Source: a virus (taxonomy: Duplodnaviria; Caudoviricetes). Taken from it: a stretch of DNA of 64,000 bases. Location of the stretch: positions 1 through 64,000 of the IMG/VR virus record IMGVR_UViG_3300012827_000001; one strand, written 5' to 3'. A model generated the notes under the pieces. It saw only the letters and a list, made by a program, of their open reading frames with translations, was not told the DNA's origin and did not search any database. A program made the position numbers and the translations under genes. Shown in pieces: positions 17,507 to 25,167 of this stretch (positions are counted from its first letter, which is position 1; each line of letters begins with the position of its first letter).

Positions 17507-17820
17507 CTCCCGACGATGACGTAGCCATAGTGATCGGAGTAGAACTCCGCATGGCGCTCGCCGATCCAGCGAATGATGGTGGCGCTGAAGTAGGAGTCGG
17601 TAAGGAAGCCATCCCAGCCCTTGAACTCGTGGTCATCCGAAAGGCCGGAGACCCCCTCGAACTCGCCGAGGTGGTACCACGAGCCTCGGTAGTGGAAGAA
17701 GTCGCTGCCGTAGCGCTCCTCTTCGTCCAGGTAGTCGAAGTCTGGCTTGACGTCGGCAGGAAGGCCCTGCCAGGACACCAGCGGCCGGGCGTGGCCGTTC
17801 GTGATGATGGTCATGGTCAT
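17494..17820 (-). CDS. Hypothetical aromatic/acidic phage early protein
   Basis: GGAGGG RBS; FFHYRGSWYHLGEF...WDGFLTDSYFS. Confidence 0.7.
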   Translation of the reverse strand: MTMTIITNGHARPLVSWQGLPADVKPDFDYLDEEERYGSDFFHYRGSWYHLGEFEGVSGLSDDHEFKGWDGFLTDSYFSATIIRWIGERHAEFYSDHYGYVIVGRWFT

Positions 17821-17962
17821 GCGCCCTCCGTTCTGGGAAGGAGTTGGGCGAGGAGAGGCCGGTCGCAACTCGGGCACCTTGAAGATGTGCTCAAGCCGCC
17901 GGAAGTGTGGAGGCTGCCACATTCGCAACGGAAGAACCGGGGGAGTGTGAAGGCGCGCTCAT

Positions 17963-18223
17963 TCACGCGAAGACCACGGCCTTGTGACGACCGCCGCCGA
18001 GGGTGGAACCGCACCCGTCACACCGGCGCCACGAGAAGTAGTCGCACTCATCCTCGTCGTCGCCGCACGCGAGGGTCAGGCCGATGGCCAACTCGCCCCA
18101 CTGCTCCACCTGCGCGTCGGCAATTTGCTGGCCACGGTCCGTGCCGTCGTCGATCTCGCCGTTGGCGATGACCAGGGCGCATTCGTCGCAGACCATGAGG
18201 TTGTCATAAAGGATGGCAGTCAT
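17963..18223 (-). CDS. Acidic Cys-rich phage protein
   Basis: VCDEC...FSWRRCDGCGSTLGGGR motif. Confidence 0.7.
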   Translation of the reverse strand: MTAILYDNLMVCDECALVIANGEIDDGTDRGQQIADAQVEQWGELAIGLTLACGDDEDECDYFSWRRCDGCGSTLGGGRHKAVVFA

Positions 18224-18227
18224 CGCG

Positions 18228-18482
18228 TCACACCCCCACCGAGGCGAAGGTGGCCGTGCCGGGGAAAAGCCGGTTCCAGCCCGAGAGGTGGACGTCACCA
18301 CCGAGGGCGAGGCGTGCAGCAGCCTCGGCGTACTTGTAGCCGTGGCTGAGCTCGACGACGACCCGCTCGGCTGCGGGGTAGAGGTACGCCCGGCCGCGCA
18401 GGTAGTTCACCGTGCGCACGTCCAGCGCCCCGGAAGGGTCGACGTGGGACGGAAGGGTGGGGTCACCCTTGCGCGGGCTCAT
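18228..18482 (-). CDS. Hypothetical protein
   Basis: ATGA coupling. Confidence 0.6.
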   Translation of the reverse strand: MSPRKGDPTLPSHVDPSGALDVRTVNYLRGRAYLYPAAERVVVELSHGYKYAEAAARLALGGDVHLSGWNRLFPGTATFASVGV

Positions 18483-18583
18483 CGCAGCTCACCCGTGGCG
18501 TACTTGAAGCGGCGGACCTCGCGCCGGCGCAGGGTCTCCTGGCGGCCGTCGATGGTGCGCTTGTGCGTGGCGAACTTGGCCAT
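18479..18583 (-). CDS. 34-aa basic peptide (not in ORF track)
   Basis: MAKFATHKRTIDGRQETLRRREVRRFKYATGELR; CAGGGAG RBS. Confidence 0.65.
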   Translation of the reverse strand: MAKFATHKRTIDGRQETLRRREVRRFKYATGELR

Positions 18584-18717
18584 GATGACTCCCTGAAGAG
18601 ATTGAAGGAATGGTGGTTGTTCCCCTGAAGGAACAAAAGCCACCACGACCCTGCATCCACCTTGCCGCCCATTCGCAGGGGGGAGTGGTGGGAGTCGTTC
18701 GTGGTGGCGATGAACTG

Positions 18718-18969
18718 TCAGGAGTGGGTGCTGCCGTAGGTCTCCGCCCTGAGGTGGGCCCAGACCAGGAGGTCCGGCAAGTTCTTGCCGGGGGTTGCGT
18801 GGCGCCCATGCTTGGCGGCCGCGTCGAAGCGGCGCCTGGCCTCGGCGAGCGGGAAGTCGATGTCGTCGTCGTCGTAGGCGGCGACGTAGCCGTGGGCGTT
18901 GACGCCCGCGTCGCCCGGGGCGCGGAACCAGCGCGGGTCGTCGTACGCGGCGTGCTTCGGGACACGCAT
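18718..18969 (-). CDS. Hypothetical protein
   Basis: CAGGAG RBS before ATG18969. Confidence 0.6.
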   Translation of the reverse strand: MRVPKHAAYDDPRWFRAPGDAGVNAHGYVAAYDDDDIDFPLAEARRRFDAAAKHGRHATPGKNLPDLLVWAHLRAETYGSTHS

Positions 18970-18994
18970 GGCAGCTCCTGAAGAACTCGAAGGG

Positions 18995-19024
18995 ACGCGA
19001 TTCCTGCTAGCGCAGGAATCGCGT
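18995..19024. promoter_or_regulatory. Best copy of the dispersed palindrome (ACGCGATTCCTGC TAGC GCAGGAATCGCGT)
   Basis: 13-bp perfect arms with a 4-nt centre, about 25 bp upstream of ATG18969. Confidence 0.85.
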
Positions 19025-19131
19025 GAGGGAAGGCGGGGTTGTCCGACCCGACCCCCTGCCTGAAGGTGGCAGGGACGCACCAGGCCAAACGGCTGTTTAG
19101 AGTCGCCTGGTCGACTGTCTGAAGGGTGTGG

Positions 19132-19329
19132 TTACGCGCCGATCCACCGGTCGGACGGCTCCCACGGATCGGTGGCGTCCGACAGGTCGTCGAAGTCGCA
19201 CGTGAGGGCGATCCAGAAGAAGCCGGGGCCGTCGCGGTAGGAGCATTTGGGGCAGTAGGCGTTGACGTAATGCATGAGGTAGCGGTGGCCGCGCGCAACT
19301 GCGTCGTCGTCGATCACAGCGCGATCCAC
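19132..19329 (-). CDS. Small Cys-containing protein
   Basis: YCPKC...C motif; start assigned to GTG19329. Confidence 0.55.
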   Translation of the reverse strand: MDRAVIDDDAVARGHRYLMHYVNAYCPKCSYRDGPGFFWIALTCDFDDLSDATDPWEPSDRWIGA

Positions 19330-19448
19330 CCGTTGCCCTGAAGAACGCCCGCGGCCCACGGGTCGTCGGTCCAGCCAACGGCCTTACCGGTGGCGACACT
19401 GAAGATGGTCACCGGCTCGCGGAGCTGTGGCTGCGTCGGGGTGCGCAT
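19314..19448 (-). CDS. 44-aa hypothetical protein
   Basis: TGATG coupling to the upstream ORF. Confidence 0.45.
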   Translation of the reverse strand: MRTPTQPQLREPVTIFSVATGKAVGWTDDPWAAGVLQGNGWIAL

Positions 19449-19621
19449 CACACACGCTCCACCGTGTAGCCAGCCTTGCGCCACTGGCTGACGACCTCCG
19501 GGTCGTCCGTGGTCGCGAGGTAGCGGCCGGACGGGGTGAGGACGTTGTGCGGGACGATCTTCGGCGTGTAGGCGTCCGGCGCGGGCGCGGGGCCCTCCGG
19601 CAGCCATGCGTTGTCGAACAT
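19448..19621 (-). CDS. Hypothetical protein, probable first gene of the leftward operon
   Basis: CAGGAGG RBS before ATG19621. Confidence 0.65.
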   Translation of the reverse strand: MFDNAWLPEGPAPAPDAYTPKIVPHNVLTPSGRYLATTDDPEVVSQWRKAGYTVERV

Positions 19622-19867
19622 GGCATTCCTCCTGAAGGTCGGAGCTGTGGCAGCTCTGAAGGTGGGTCGTTCCTTGAAGGTGGACATGGCCGGCCCCCTG
19701 GGGGTTGGCGTGTGGCGTGGCGAGCTGGCAACCGTGGCTGCCGGCTCAGCTCGTGCCCGTGACCGAGTAGGTGGTGGGCCGACCGCGTCCGTGCCGCGTC
19801 GGCGCGTATGCGCTAGCGGCTACCCGCGCGAGTGCGCGGGAGTGTGTGTGAGGGACCGCGTCCCTCT

Positions 19868-20198
19868 CTCTCACCTACTAAAGCGTGAGCGTCCGAACCT
19901 TTCCGGTCCGGGGTGAGAGGGTTCGACGCGCTACCGCGCCCGTCCCTCTCATCTACTAAAGCGAATCCGCGCGGACCTTTCCGGCCCGGGGTGAGCGGGG
20001 ACCGTGCGCGCGACCTACTGTCACGCGGCTTACCGTCCCGCCTCTCACCTACTAAAGCGGGCTCGCGCGAACCTTTCCGGTCCGGCGCGGGTGAGTCTGC
20101 GGGGACGTGTGAGCGTCGTCCGTGCGTCGCTCTCTCTCGTCCCTGCCTCACACACTAAAGCGGGCCCGTGCCGACCATTCCGGTGCCGCACGTGACCG
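19868..20198. repeat. Array of four bipartite 52-56 bp units
   Basis: Units at 19868-19919, 19946-19997, 20042-20097, 20145-20198: CTCTCACCTACTAAAGCG-N9-GAACCTTTCCGGTCCGG..GGTGAG. Confidence 0.9.
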
Positions 20199-20223
20199 CG
20201 TGCACGCCTGCCTGCGGGCACAG

Positions 20224-20255
20224 AAAAGGCCCCACCTACCGGAGTAGGTGGGGCC
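20224..20255 (-). terminator. Intrinsic terminator after the 455-aa gene
   Basis: GGCCCCACCTAC/GTAGGTGGGGCC stem followed by TTTT on the minus strand. Confidence 0.85.
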
Positions 20256-20269
20256 CGATCCGTGGGCCG

Positions 20270-21637
20270 CTAGGCGCCGATAGCGGCGTCTCGTGCGACG
20301 TCGGCTGCGAGTGCGGCCTCGCGTGCCGCGCGGTACGCGATCACCGCAGCGCGCTCGTCGGGCGTCGCGCGTCCGGCGGGCGCCCGCCCGGCCGTGCGGG
20401 CTGCGCGTCCGGCCGCGCGGGCGTCGGCCAGGCGACCGTAGGCGTCGGCCTCGCGACGCCACGCGGCGAGCGCGTCACGGATGGCGTCGCGGACGACGTA
20501 CTCACGCTGCCCGCCGTCCGGACGGCCCACCGGCACGTCCGTAGGTCCGCCGATGAATCCGTCGTGCAACGGCCCGTGGTCGCGCGTGACCGTGGGCATC
20601 GGCGCGGCACTCTCACCCGCCAGCCGCTCACGGTCACGGTAGACGCCGACACCACCACCGGCGCGGACACCGGCACCGGGCGCGCCCGACATCGCGCCCG
20701 ACCGCCCCTTGGCGCCCGTGTTGGCACGCGGCCCGCGCGGCGCCGACACCGTGCCCGCGACCCCCTTGACGTCGGTCCGCATGATGCCCCGCATGTCCGC
20801 GCCCGACAATGCGCCCGTGACCGCGCGGATCATCTCGACCCGGTCGGCGTCGCCCTGCCACCCGTAGCGACGGATCGTCGCGCCACCGTCAATGAGTACC
20901 GATGCCACACGCCGGTATGCCGTACGCCCGGACGGGTCCGAGACGATCCTCCCGGCGTCGTGAGCGCGGGACACGATGTCGTCCCGGCACGCCGCCCACA
21001 TGTGCAGCGCGTCACGCACCCGCTGGCCGCGCGTGTCCCGATCCGTCGTGTCCGCGTGCGGCAGCAGGGTCCCCGTGGCAGGCATGCCGCCGCGCCCGAT
21101 CGGGCAGTACGTCGCCCACACGGCCAGCCGGTACGCGGCCACGTCCCGCCGCGCGAGCGCCGCCCACGCCAGCGCGTCCACGTCCGCGTAGTGCACGACG
21201 ACATCCGTCGTGCCCGTGCCCACGATGCCGCCCGCGCTATCCGGCGCCGACGGCAGATCACCCGTCATCTGCGCACGCTCCACACCACGGGACCGCAGCG
21301 TCCTTCCCTCCCACATGACGGCCTGCCGTGCCGCCGACGTGTCCGCCGACATGTCCGCACCGCGCGCCAGCAGATTCACGACGATGTCCTGCGACACATC
21401 GTCCGCCGTGAGCCCCGGCACGCCCGACGCCACCCGGTACGCCGTACGCCGCACGTACGTGTACAGGTCCGCCGACAGTCCCGCCGGTGCCACCGTGCAC
21501 GTACCGTCGTCCGACCCCACCACTCGCGCCGACGCGTGCGCCCGGGCCATCGCCCGCCGCATGCCCGTCGTCCCGTTGTCCGCCTGCCGCGTCGCCTCGC
21601 GTGCCGCCGCGTCGGCGGTCACCACTGTTCCACGCAT
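20270..21637 (-). CDS. Very GC-rich 455-aa protein with a sigma-70 region-2-like segment
   Basis: GGAAGGA RBS; own terminator; LYTYVRRTAYRVA...ADDVSQDIVVNLL resembles ECF sigma region 2; remainder unrecognised. Confidence 0.55.
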   Translation of the reverse strand: MRGTVVTADAAAREATRQADNGTTGMRRAMARAHASARVVGSDDGTCTVAPAGLSADLYTYVRRTAYRVASGVPGLTADDVSQDIVVNLLARGADMSADTSAARQAVMWEGRTLRSRGVERAQMTGDLPSAPDSAGGIVGTGTTDVVVHYADVDALAWAALARRDVAAYRLAVWATYCPIGRGGMPATGTLLPHADTTDRDTRGQRVRDALHMWAACRDDIVSRAHDAGRIVSDPSGRTAYRRVASVLIDGGATIRRYGWQGDADRVEMIRAVTGALSGADMRGIMRTDVKGVAGTVSAPRGPRANTGAKGRSGAMSGAPGAGVRAGGGVGVYRDRERLAGESAAPMPTVTRDHGPLHDGFIGGPTDVPVGRPDGGQREYVVRDAIRDALAAWRREADAYGRLADARAAGRAARTAGRAPAGRATPDERAAVIAYRAAREAALAADVARDAAIGA

Positions 21638-21747
21638 GGTCCCGTTCCTTCCCTATGTCCGGATCACCTGTTGTGACCGAATCACGTGCACTAGTGGTCC
21701 GCGACGACCGTGAGCACCTACGTGCCGCTAGTGCTGACCGTCAGCCG

Positions 21748-21870
21748 TCACATTCCGACCCATCGGCCGACGACCCCTAGTGCCCACACGATGCCGAGCA
21801 CCGTGACCGGCAGTGCTGCGACCGCGACGACGACGACGACCTGGCCGATCCTGCGAGCAATGGCGAACAT
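21748..21870 (-). CDS. 40-aa single-pass membrane peptide (not in ORF track)
   Basis: MFAIARRIGQVVVVVAVAALPVTVLGIVWALGVVGRWVGM; GAGAGGA RBS. Confidence 0.65.
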   Translation of the reverse strand: MFAIARRIGQVVVVVAVAALPVTVLGIVWALGVVGRWVGM

Positions 21871-22315
21871 GGTTGGTTCCTCTCATCCGCGCACGCGTTG
21901 TGCGTGCACATACAGTGTCGGCCACATATAGCGACACCTAGAGCCCTAATCCGAGTTCGTTATACAACCGTGACCCAACATCACCCGTGACCGGTCCGCC
22001 CGAGCCGTCCCGAGCTGCGAGCTCTCACCCGCTACGACCGATACGTCGAGCCGGCCCCACCGTCATGTCCGAAACGCCCGACCAGCTCACATCCCCCCCG
22101 GTTAGTCGTGCAATGTCCGAAACAAGTGAAATTCCTAACGGCAGGTCTTCTCTCGCGATAGGACCGCCACGGATTTTCGATAACGGGTTCTTGCGCCCGC
22201 TCTGAGGGTGGCTTGTGGTCGTCGATGCCGGAGGCATCGTTGCTGGTGGGGTCTGATCGCCCGTGTTCTGGCGACGCTTGATCAGACTCGGGTCAGACTC
22301 TGGTGCCGCTTCCGA

Positions 22316-22337
22316 GATTCCTGCGCTAGCAGTAATC
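22316..22337. promoter_or_regulatory. Dispersed palindrome copy
   Basis: GATTCCTGC GCTA GCAGTAATC, upstream of lsr2. Confidence 0.8.
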
Positions 22338-22594
22338 GTGGAGGGTTGCCCGTTCAGCCAGGGTTGACGGATGGTGGGTGGCGTTGGGTGCACGAGCGCC
22401 TCATGGCAGGCCAAGGAGTCAACGCCTCATCTCCGGCGAAGGCACATGCTAGGTCGGGCCCCTGGCCTGGCCGGAGGGTTCCTTTCCCCTCCTCAGGGAG
22501 TGACCTGCTCCGCGGCCAACGAGAGCCTCTCCGGGCTGTACGCCGGGGGGGCTTTCGTTTACCCTGGGGCCCTTCCCTCACGAAAGGAGATGTC

Positions 22595-22948
22595 ATGGCG
22601 ACGAGGGTCATCAAGCTGCTGACCGACGACCTCACTGGAGAGGAGGGTGCGACGACGTACCAGTTCTCTCTCGGGACCGCGAGCTACGAGATCGATCTGG
22701 CCGATGGTGGTGTAGAGCTGAGGAAGGCGCTGGAGCCGTTCATCGCTGCCGGCCGCCGGTCGTCGGCGGCGGCACGGTTCCGCCGGTCGGAGCCGGCGCC
22801 GGATCGCACGGAGTACCTCGCGAAGCTGCGGGCCTGGGCGAAGGATGCCGGGATCCACGTCAGTGCTCGGGGCCGTGTGCCGCGGGAGGTCGAGGAGAAG
22901 TACGAGGCTCACCTTCGCGAGCCGGTGAAGGCCGGCAAGCGCAAGTAG
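22595..22948 (+). CDS. lsr2: Lsr2-family nucleoid-associated protein
   Basis: LTDDLTG...FSLGTASYEIDL...LRKALEPFIAAGR; C-terminal LRAWAKDAGIHVSARGRVP (RGR AT-hook). Confidence 0.93.
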   Translation: MATRVIKLLTDDLTGEEGATTYQFSLGTASYEIDLADGGVELRKALEPFIAAGRRSSAAARFRRSEPAPDRTEYLAKLRAWAKDAGIHVSARGRVPREVEEKYEAHLREPVKAGKRK

Positions 22949-23259
22949 TTCTTCTCGCCCCACCGGGACGAATCCACTCACCCCGGGGCGCATGGTGTCA
23001 GCAATGAGACCGCGCGCCCTGGGGTGTTTTCGTGTGCTCTGGCCTGGTCCCACGGTTCCCCCCCGTGTCAAGCCGCGTCGTTGCGGCGGGGTGAACGTAC
23101 GTCCTCCGATCGGCACAGCGCTTCACCCTCAAGTTCTGGTGGCAACGTGCCGAGTAGGCGCTGGACGTTTGCCCAGGACGTGTGGCCTGGCTGTGACCAG
23201 GAGGTCCACCCGTAGGAGTGAGCGCGGGTTGTGCAACGCGCGACACTCCATGCGTCTCG

Positions 23260-23289
23260 CCGCGATTCCTGCTAGCGCACGAATCGCGG
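23260..23289. promoter_or_regulatory. Dispersed palindrome copy
   Basis: CCGCGATTCCTGC TAGC GCACGAATCGCGG, about 50 bp before ATG23342. Confidence 0.8.
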
Positions 23290-23341
23290 AGTCGCGACTT
23301 CATGGCCTTCCACGCGGTGGACTTGGTGGATGGGACGCCGC

Positions 23342-23626
23342 ATGAAGGAGCCACGGTTCGAGCCGACGTGGGGTGAGCGACTGTTCAGTCGGTTGCCGCG
23401 GAGCTTTGGCTGGATCCATTTCGCCACCCGTGAGGACTTTGAGCGCGGCGATGGGTCGACGTTCGTGCGCAAGGCGTACGTGGTGCCGGTCTTCGAGAAC
23501 GAGTCGTCGCTCATCATGTTCCCTGGCATGTACATCCCCGGAACGAAGACGTTCGTGGAGTACATGAATCTGGATGCCCTGACGGAGATCATCGAAGAGG
23601 AGTGGGATGTCGACGGAGAGGATTGA
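23342..23626 (+). CDS. Hypothetical protein
   Basis: ORF overlapping the sigma gene start. Confidence 0.6.
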   Translation: MKEPRFEPTWGERLFSRLPRSFGWIHFATREDFERGDGSTFVRKAYVVPVFENESSLIMFPGMYIPGTKTFVEYMNLDALTEIIEEEWDVDGED

Positions 23627-24368
23627 CCCGGATCGACCACTGCTCCCAGCCAAGTGGGCGGCGGCGAAGGCGGGCGACGACAAGGCTGTGGCCTGGCTCG
23701 TGGAGAGGTACCACTGGCTGGCGTTGAAGGTGGCGCGGGCGAAGAACGTGCCACCCCACTTCGACCGCGAGGACGTGGTGTCGTGGGCGAACTGGGGGCT
23801 GTTCGACGCCGTCCGGAAGTTCAAGCCGGAGGCGAACACGGACGGCAAGCTCCACGAGCATTTCATCGGCTTCGGGACGTTGCGGATCCACGGCGCGATC
23901 CTGGATGGGATGAAGGCTCCGGGTCAGTCCTGGGCAACGCGCGAGGTGTGGCGCCAGATGCGTGAGATGAAGACGACGACCGAGCTGCTGGAGCAGTCGC
24001 TGGGTCGGCCGGTGACTCGTCGGGACGTCGCGGAACAGCTTGGAGTGCCGGAGTCGTCCCTCCCGGTGTTCCAGCAGCAGATCCCGCTGACAGCGGTGGG
24101 TACGCCGAACGACGACGACATCATGGAGTACGACTTCTTCCATGACCCGGCGACCGCGGACGCTTCTGCGGAGGTCGCCGTGATGGTCCACCGGGTCGCA
24201 GCAGCCCTGGCGGCGCTGCCCGAGGAGAGTCAGGAGTTCCTGGCTGAGACGTATCTGGGTTCGGGTGTGGTGGACGCGCCTGCGGCTGTGCGCAAGCGCC
24301 GGCGCCAGGAATCACTCCTTGCGCTGCGTGACGTGCTGCAGCGGACTCAGGTCGATCCCACGAGGTAA
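23607..24368 (+). CDS. Sigma-70 family factor, FliA/WhiG-like, with shortened region 4
   Basis: LVERYHWLALKVAR, DREDVVSWANWGLFDAVRKF, LRIHGAILDGMK, region 3 TRRDVAEQLGV. Confidence 0.88.
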   Translation: MSTERIDPDRPLLPAKWAAAKAGDDKAVAWLVERYHWLALKVARAKNVPPHFDREDVVSWANWGLFDAVRKFKPEANTDGKLHEHFIGFGTLRIHGAILDGMKAPGQSWATREVWRQMREMKTTTELLEQSLGRPVTRRDVAEQLGVPESSLPVFQQQIPLTAVGTPNDDDIMEYDFFHDPATADASAEVAVMVHRVAAALAALPEESQEFLAETYLGSGVVDAPAAVRKRRRQESLLALRDVLQRTQVDPTR

Positions 24369-24385
24369 CCGGAAGGAGAACCGAG

Positions 24386-24604
24386 ATGGCTAGACGCAGG
24401 CCGCAGGTGGTGCCACTGGACCCGCCTGTCGTGGATGTCGAGCAGGCTGTGGTGCTCACGGGGGACTGTGACGAGCCCCTGCCTGAGCGCGAGGTCGGCA
24501 CTCACGTCGAGGAGGCTGTTGTCCCGTTCGAGGTTCGTCCCGACGGGTCCATTGCGCACTTCGCCCATGAGGCGGGGCGGGCTCAGCGAGAGATGGGGAG
24601 CTGA
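24386..24604 (+). CDS. Hypothetical protein
   Basis: GAAGGAG RBS; coupled to the next gene. Confidence 0.6.
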   Translation: MARRRPQVVPLDPPVVDVEQAVVLTGDCDEPLPEREVGTHVEEAVVPFEVRPDGSIAHFAHEAGRAQREMGS

Positions 24605-25005
24605 TGACGGACTATCCGTACAAGGACACGACGAAGCCGGAGGTGACCGTCGGCCGGACTTCGCATGTCGGCGCGGCGGTCCTCAATCCGGGCTTCGCCA
24701 CGGACCAGCCGGCTGACGTGCCGGGCCGGTTCCGGACGTACAAGCCGACCCTGGAGATCAGTGGTGGGTCGACGGTGGGGGTCGAGGAAGAGCTGGAGCT
24801 GACTCTCACGGCCACCTATGTCGACGCTCACGGTGAGGATGTGGAGGTCGACGCCACCGCGCGGGCGACCTGGTATTCGTCGGATGTGACGAAGGCGACT
24901 GTCGAGGCCGGCGTGGTGACGGGTGTCGCCGCGGGCTCGACGACCATCACGGCAGTGTTCGACGGTGTGACGCAGACGCAGGAAGTCACGGTGACCGCCG
25001 ACTGA
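24604..25005 (+). CDS. Ig-like (Big_2) domain protein, possible virion decoration
   Basis: ATWYSSDVTKATVEAGVVTGVAAGSTTITAVF. Confidence 0.8.
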   Translation: MTDYPYKDTTKPEVTVGRTSHVGAAVLNPGFATDQPADVPGRFRTYKPTLEISGGSTVGVEEELELTLTATYVDAHGEDVEVDATARATWYSSDVTKATVEAGVVTGVAAGSTTITAVFDGVTQTQEVTVTAD

Positions 25006-25086
25006 CCTGGGAGGTGATCCCCATCTGCCTTGAGCCCCCGCTCGACGGGGGCTCAAGTGCGTGAGGGGTAAGTCGCTTCATGACGA

Positions 25087-25113
25087 GGCCCCGACTTCGG
25101 TCGGGGCCTTTGT
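25087..25113 (+). terminator. Intrinsic terminator
   Basis: AGGCCCCGAC-TTCG-GTCGGGGCCT followed by TTGT. Confidence 0.75.
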
Positions 25114-25167
25114 CGCGTCGAGTGCGATGAGCAGGATCGGCGAGGGGGACGCGATGGAGCTCACGGC

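Larger units (their letters stand above)
18592..19679 (-). repeat. Cluster of 10 CTTCA(G/A)-type motifs, several fused to Shine-Dalgarno sequences
   Basis: + strand (C/T)(C/T)TGAAG at 18592, 18602, 18624, 18977, 19059, 19118, 19337, 19631, 19655, 19673. Confidence 0.65.

Noticed and set aside
19803-19824. Additional palindrome copy (TGCGCTAGC core)
   Set aside because: Core only; arms do not match the consensus
19868-20198. CRISPR array
   Set aside because: Units are degenerate with an internal variable core, linkers vary from 26 to 47 bp, and no cas gene is recognisable
19868-20198. TIGR-Tas guide array (the 9-nt variable core is suggestive)
   Set aside because: No box C/D motifs, no regular dual-spacer period, and no Nop-domain protein recognised nearby
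20168-21676. 502-aa + strand ORF
   Set aside because: Arg/Pro-rich shadow of the minus-strand gene, which has the RBS and terminator
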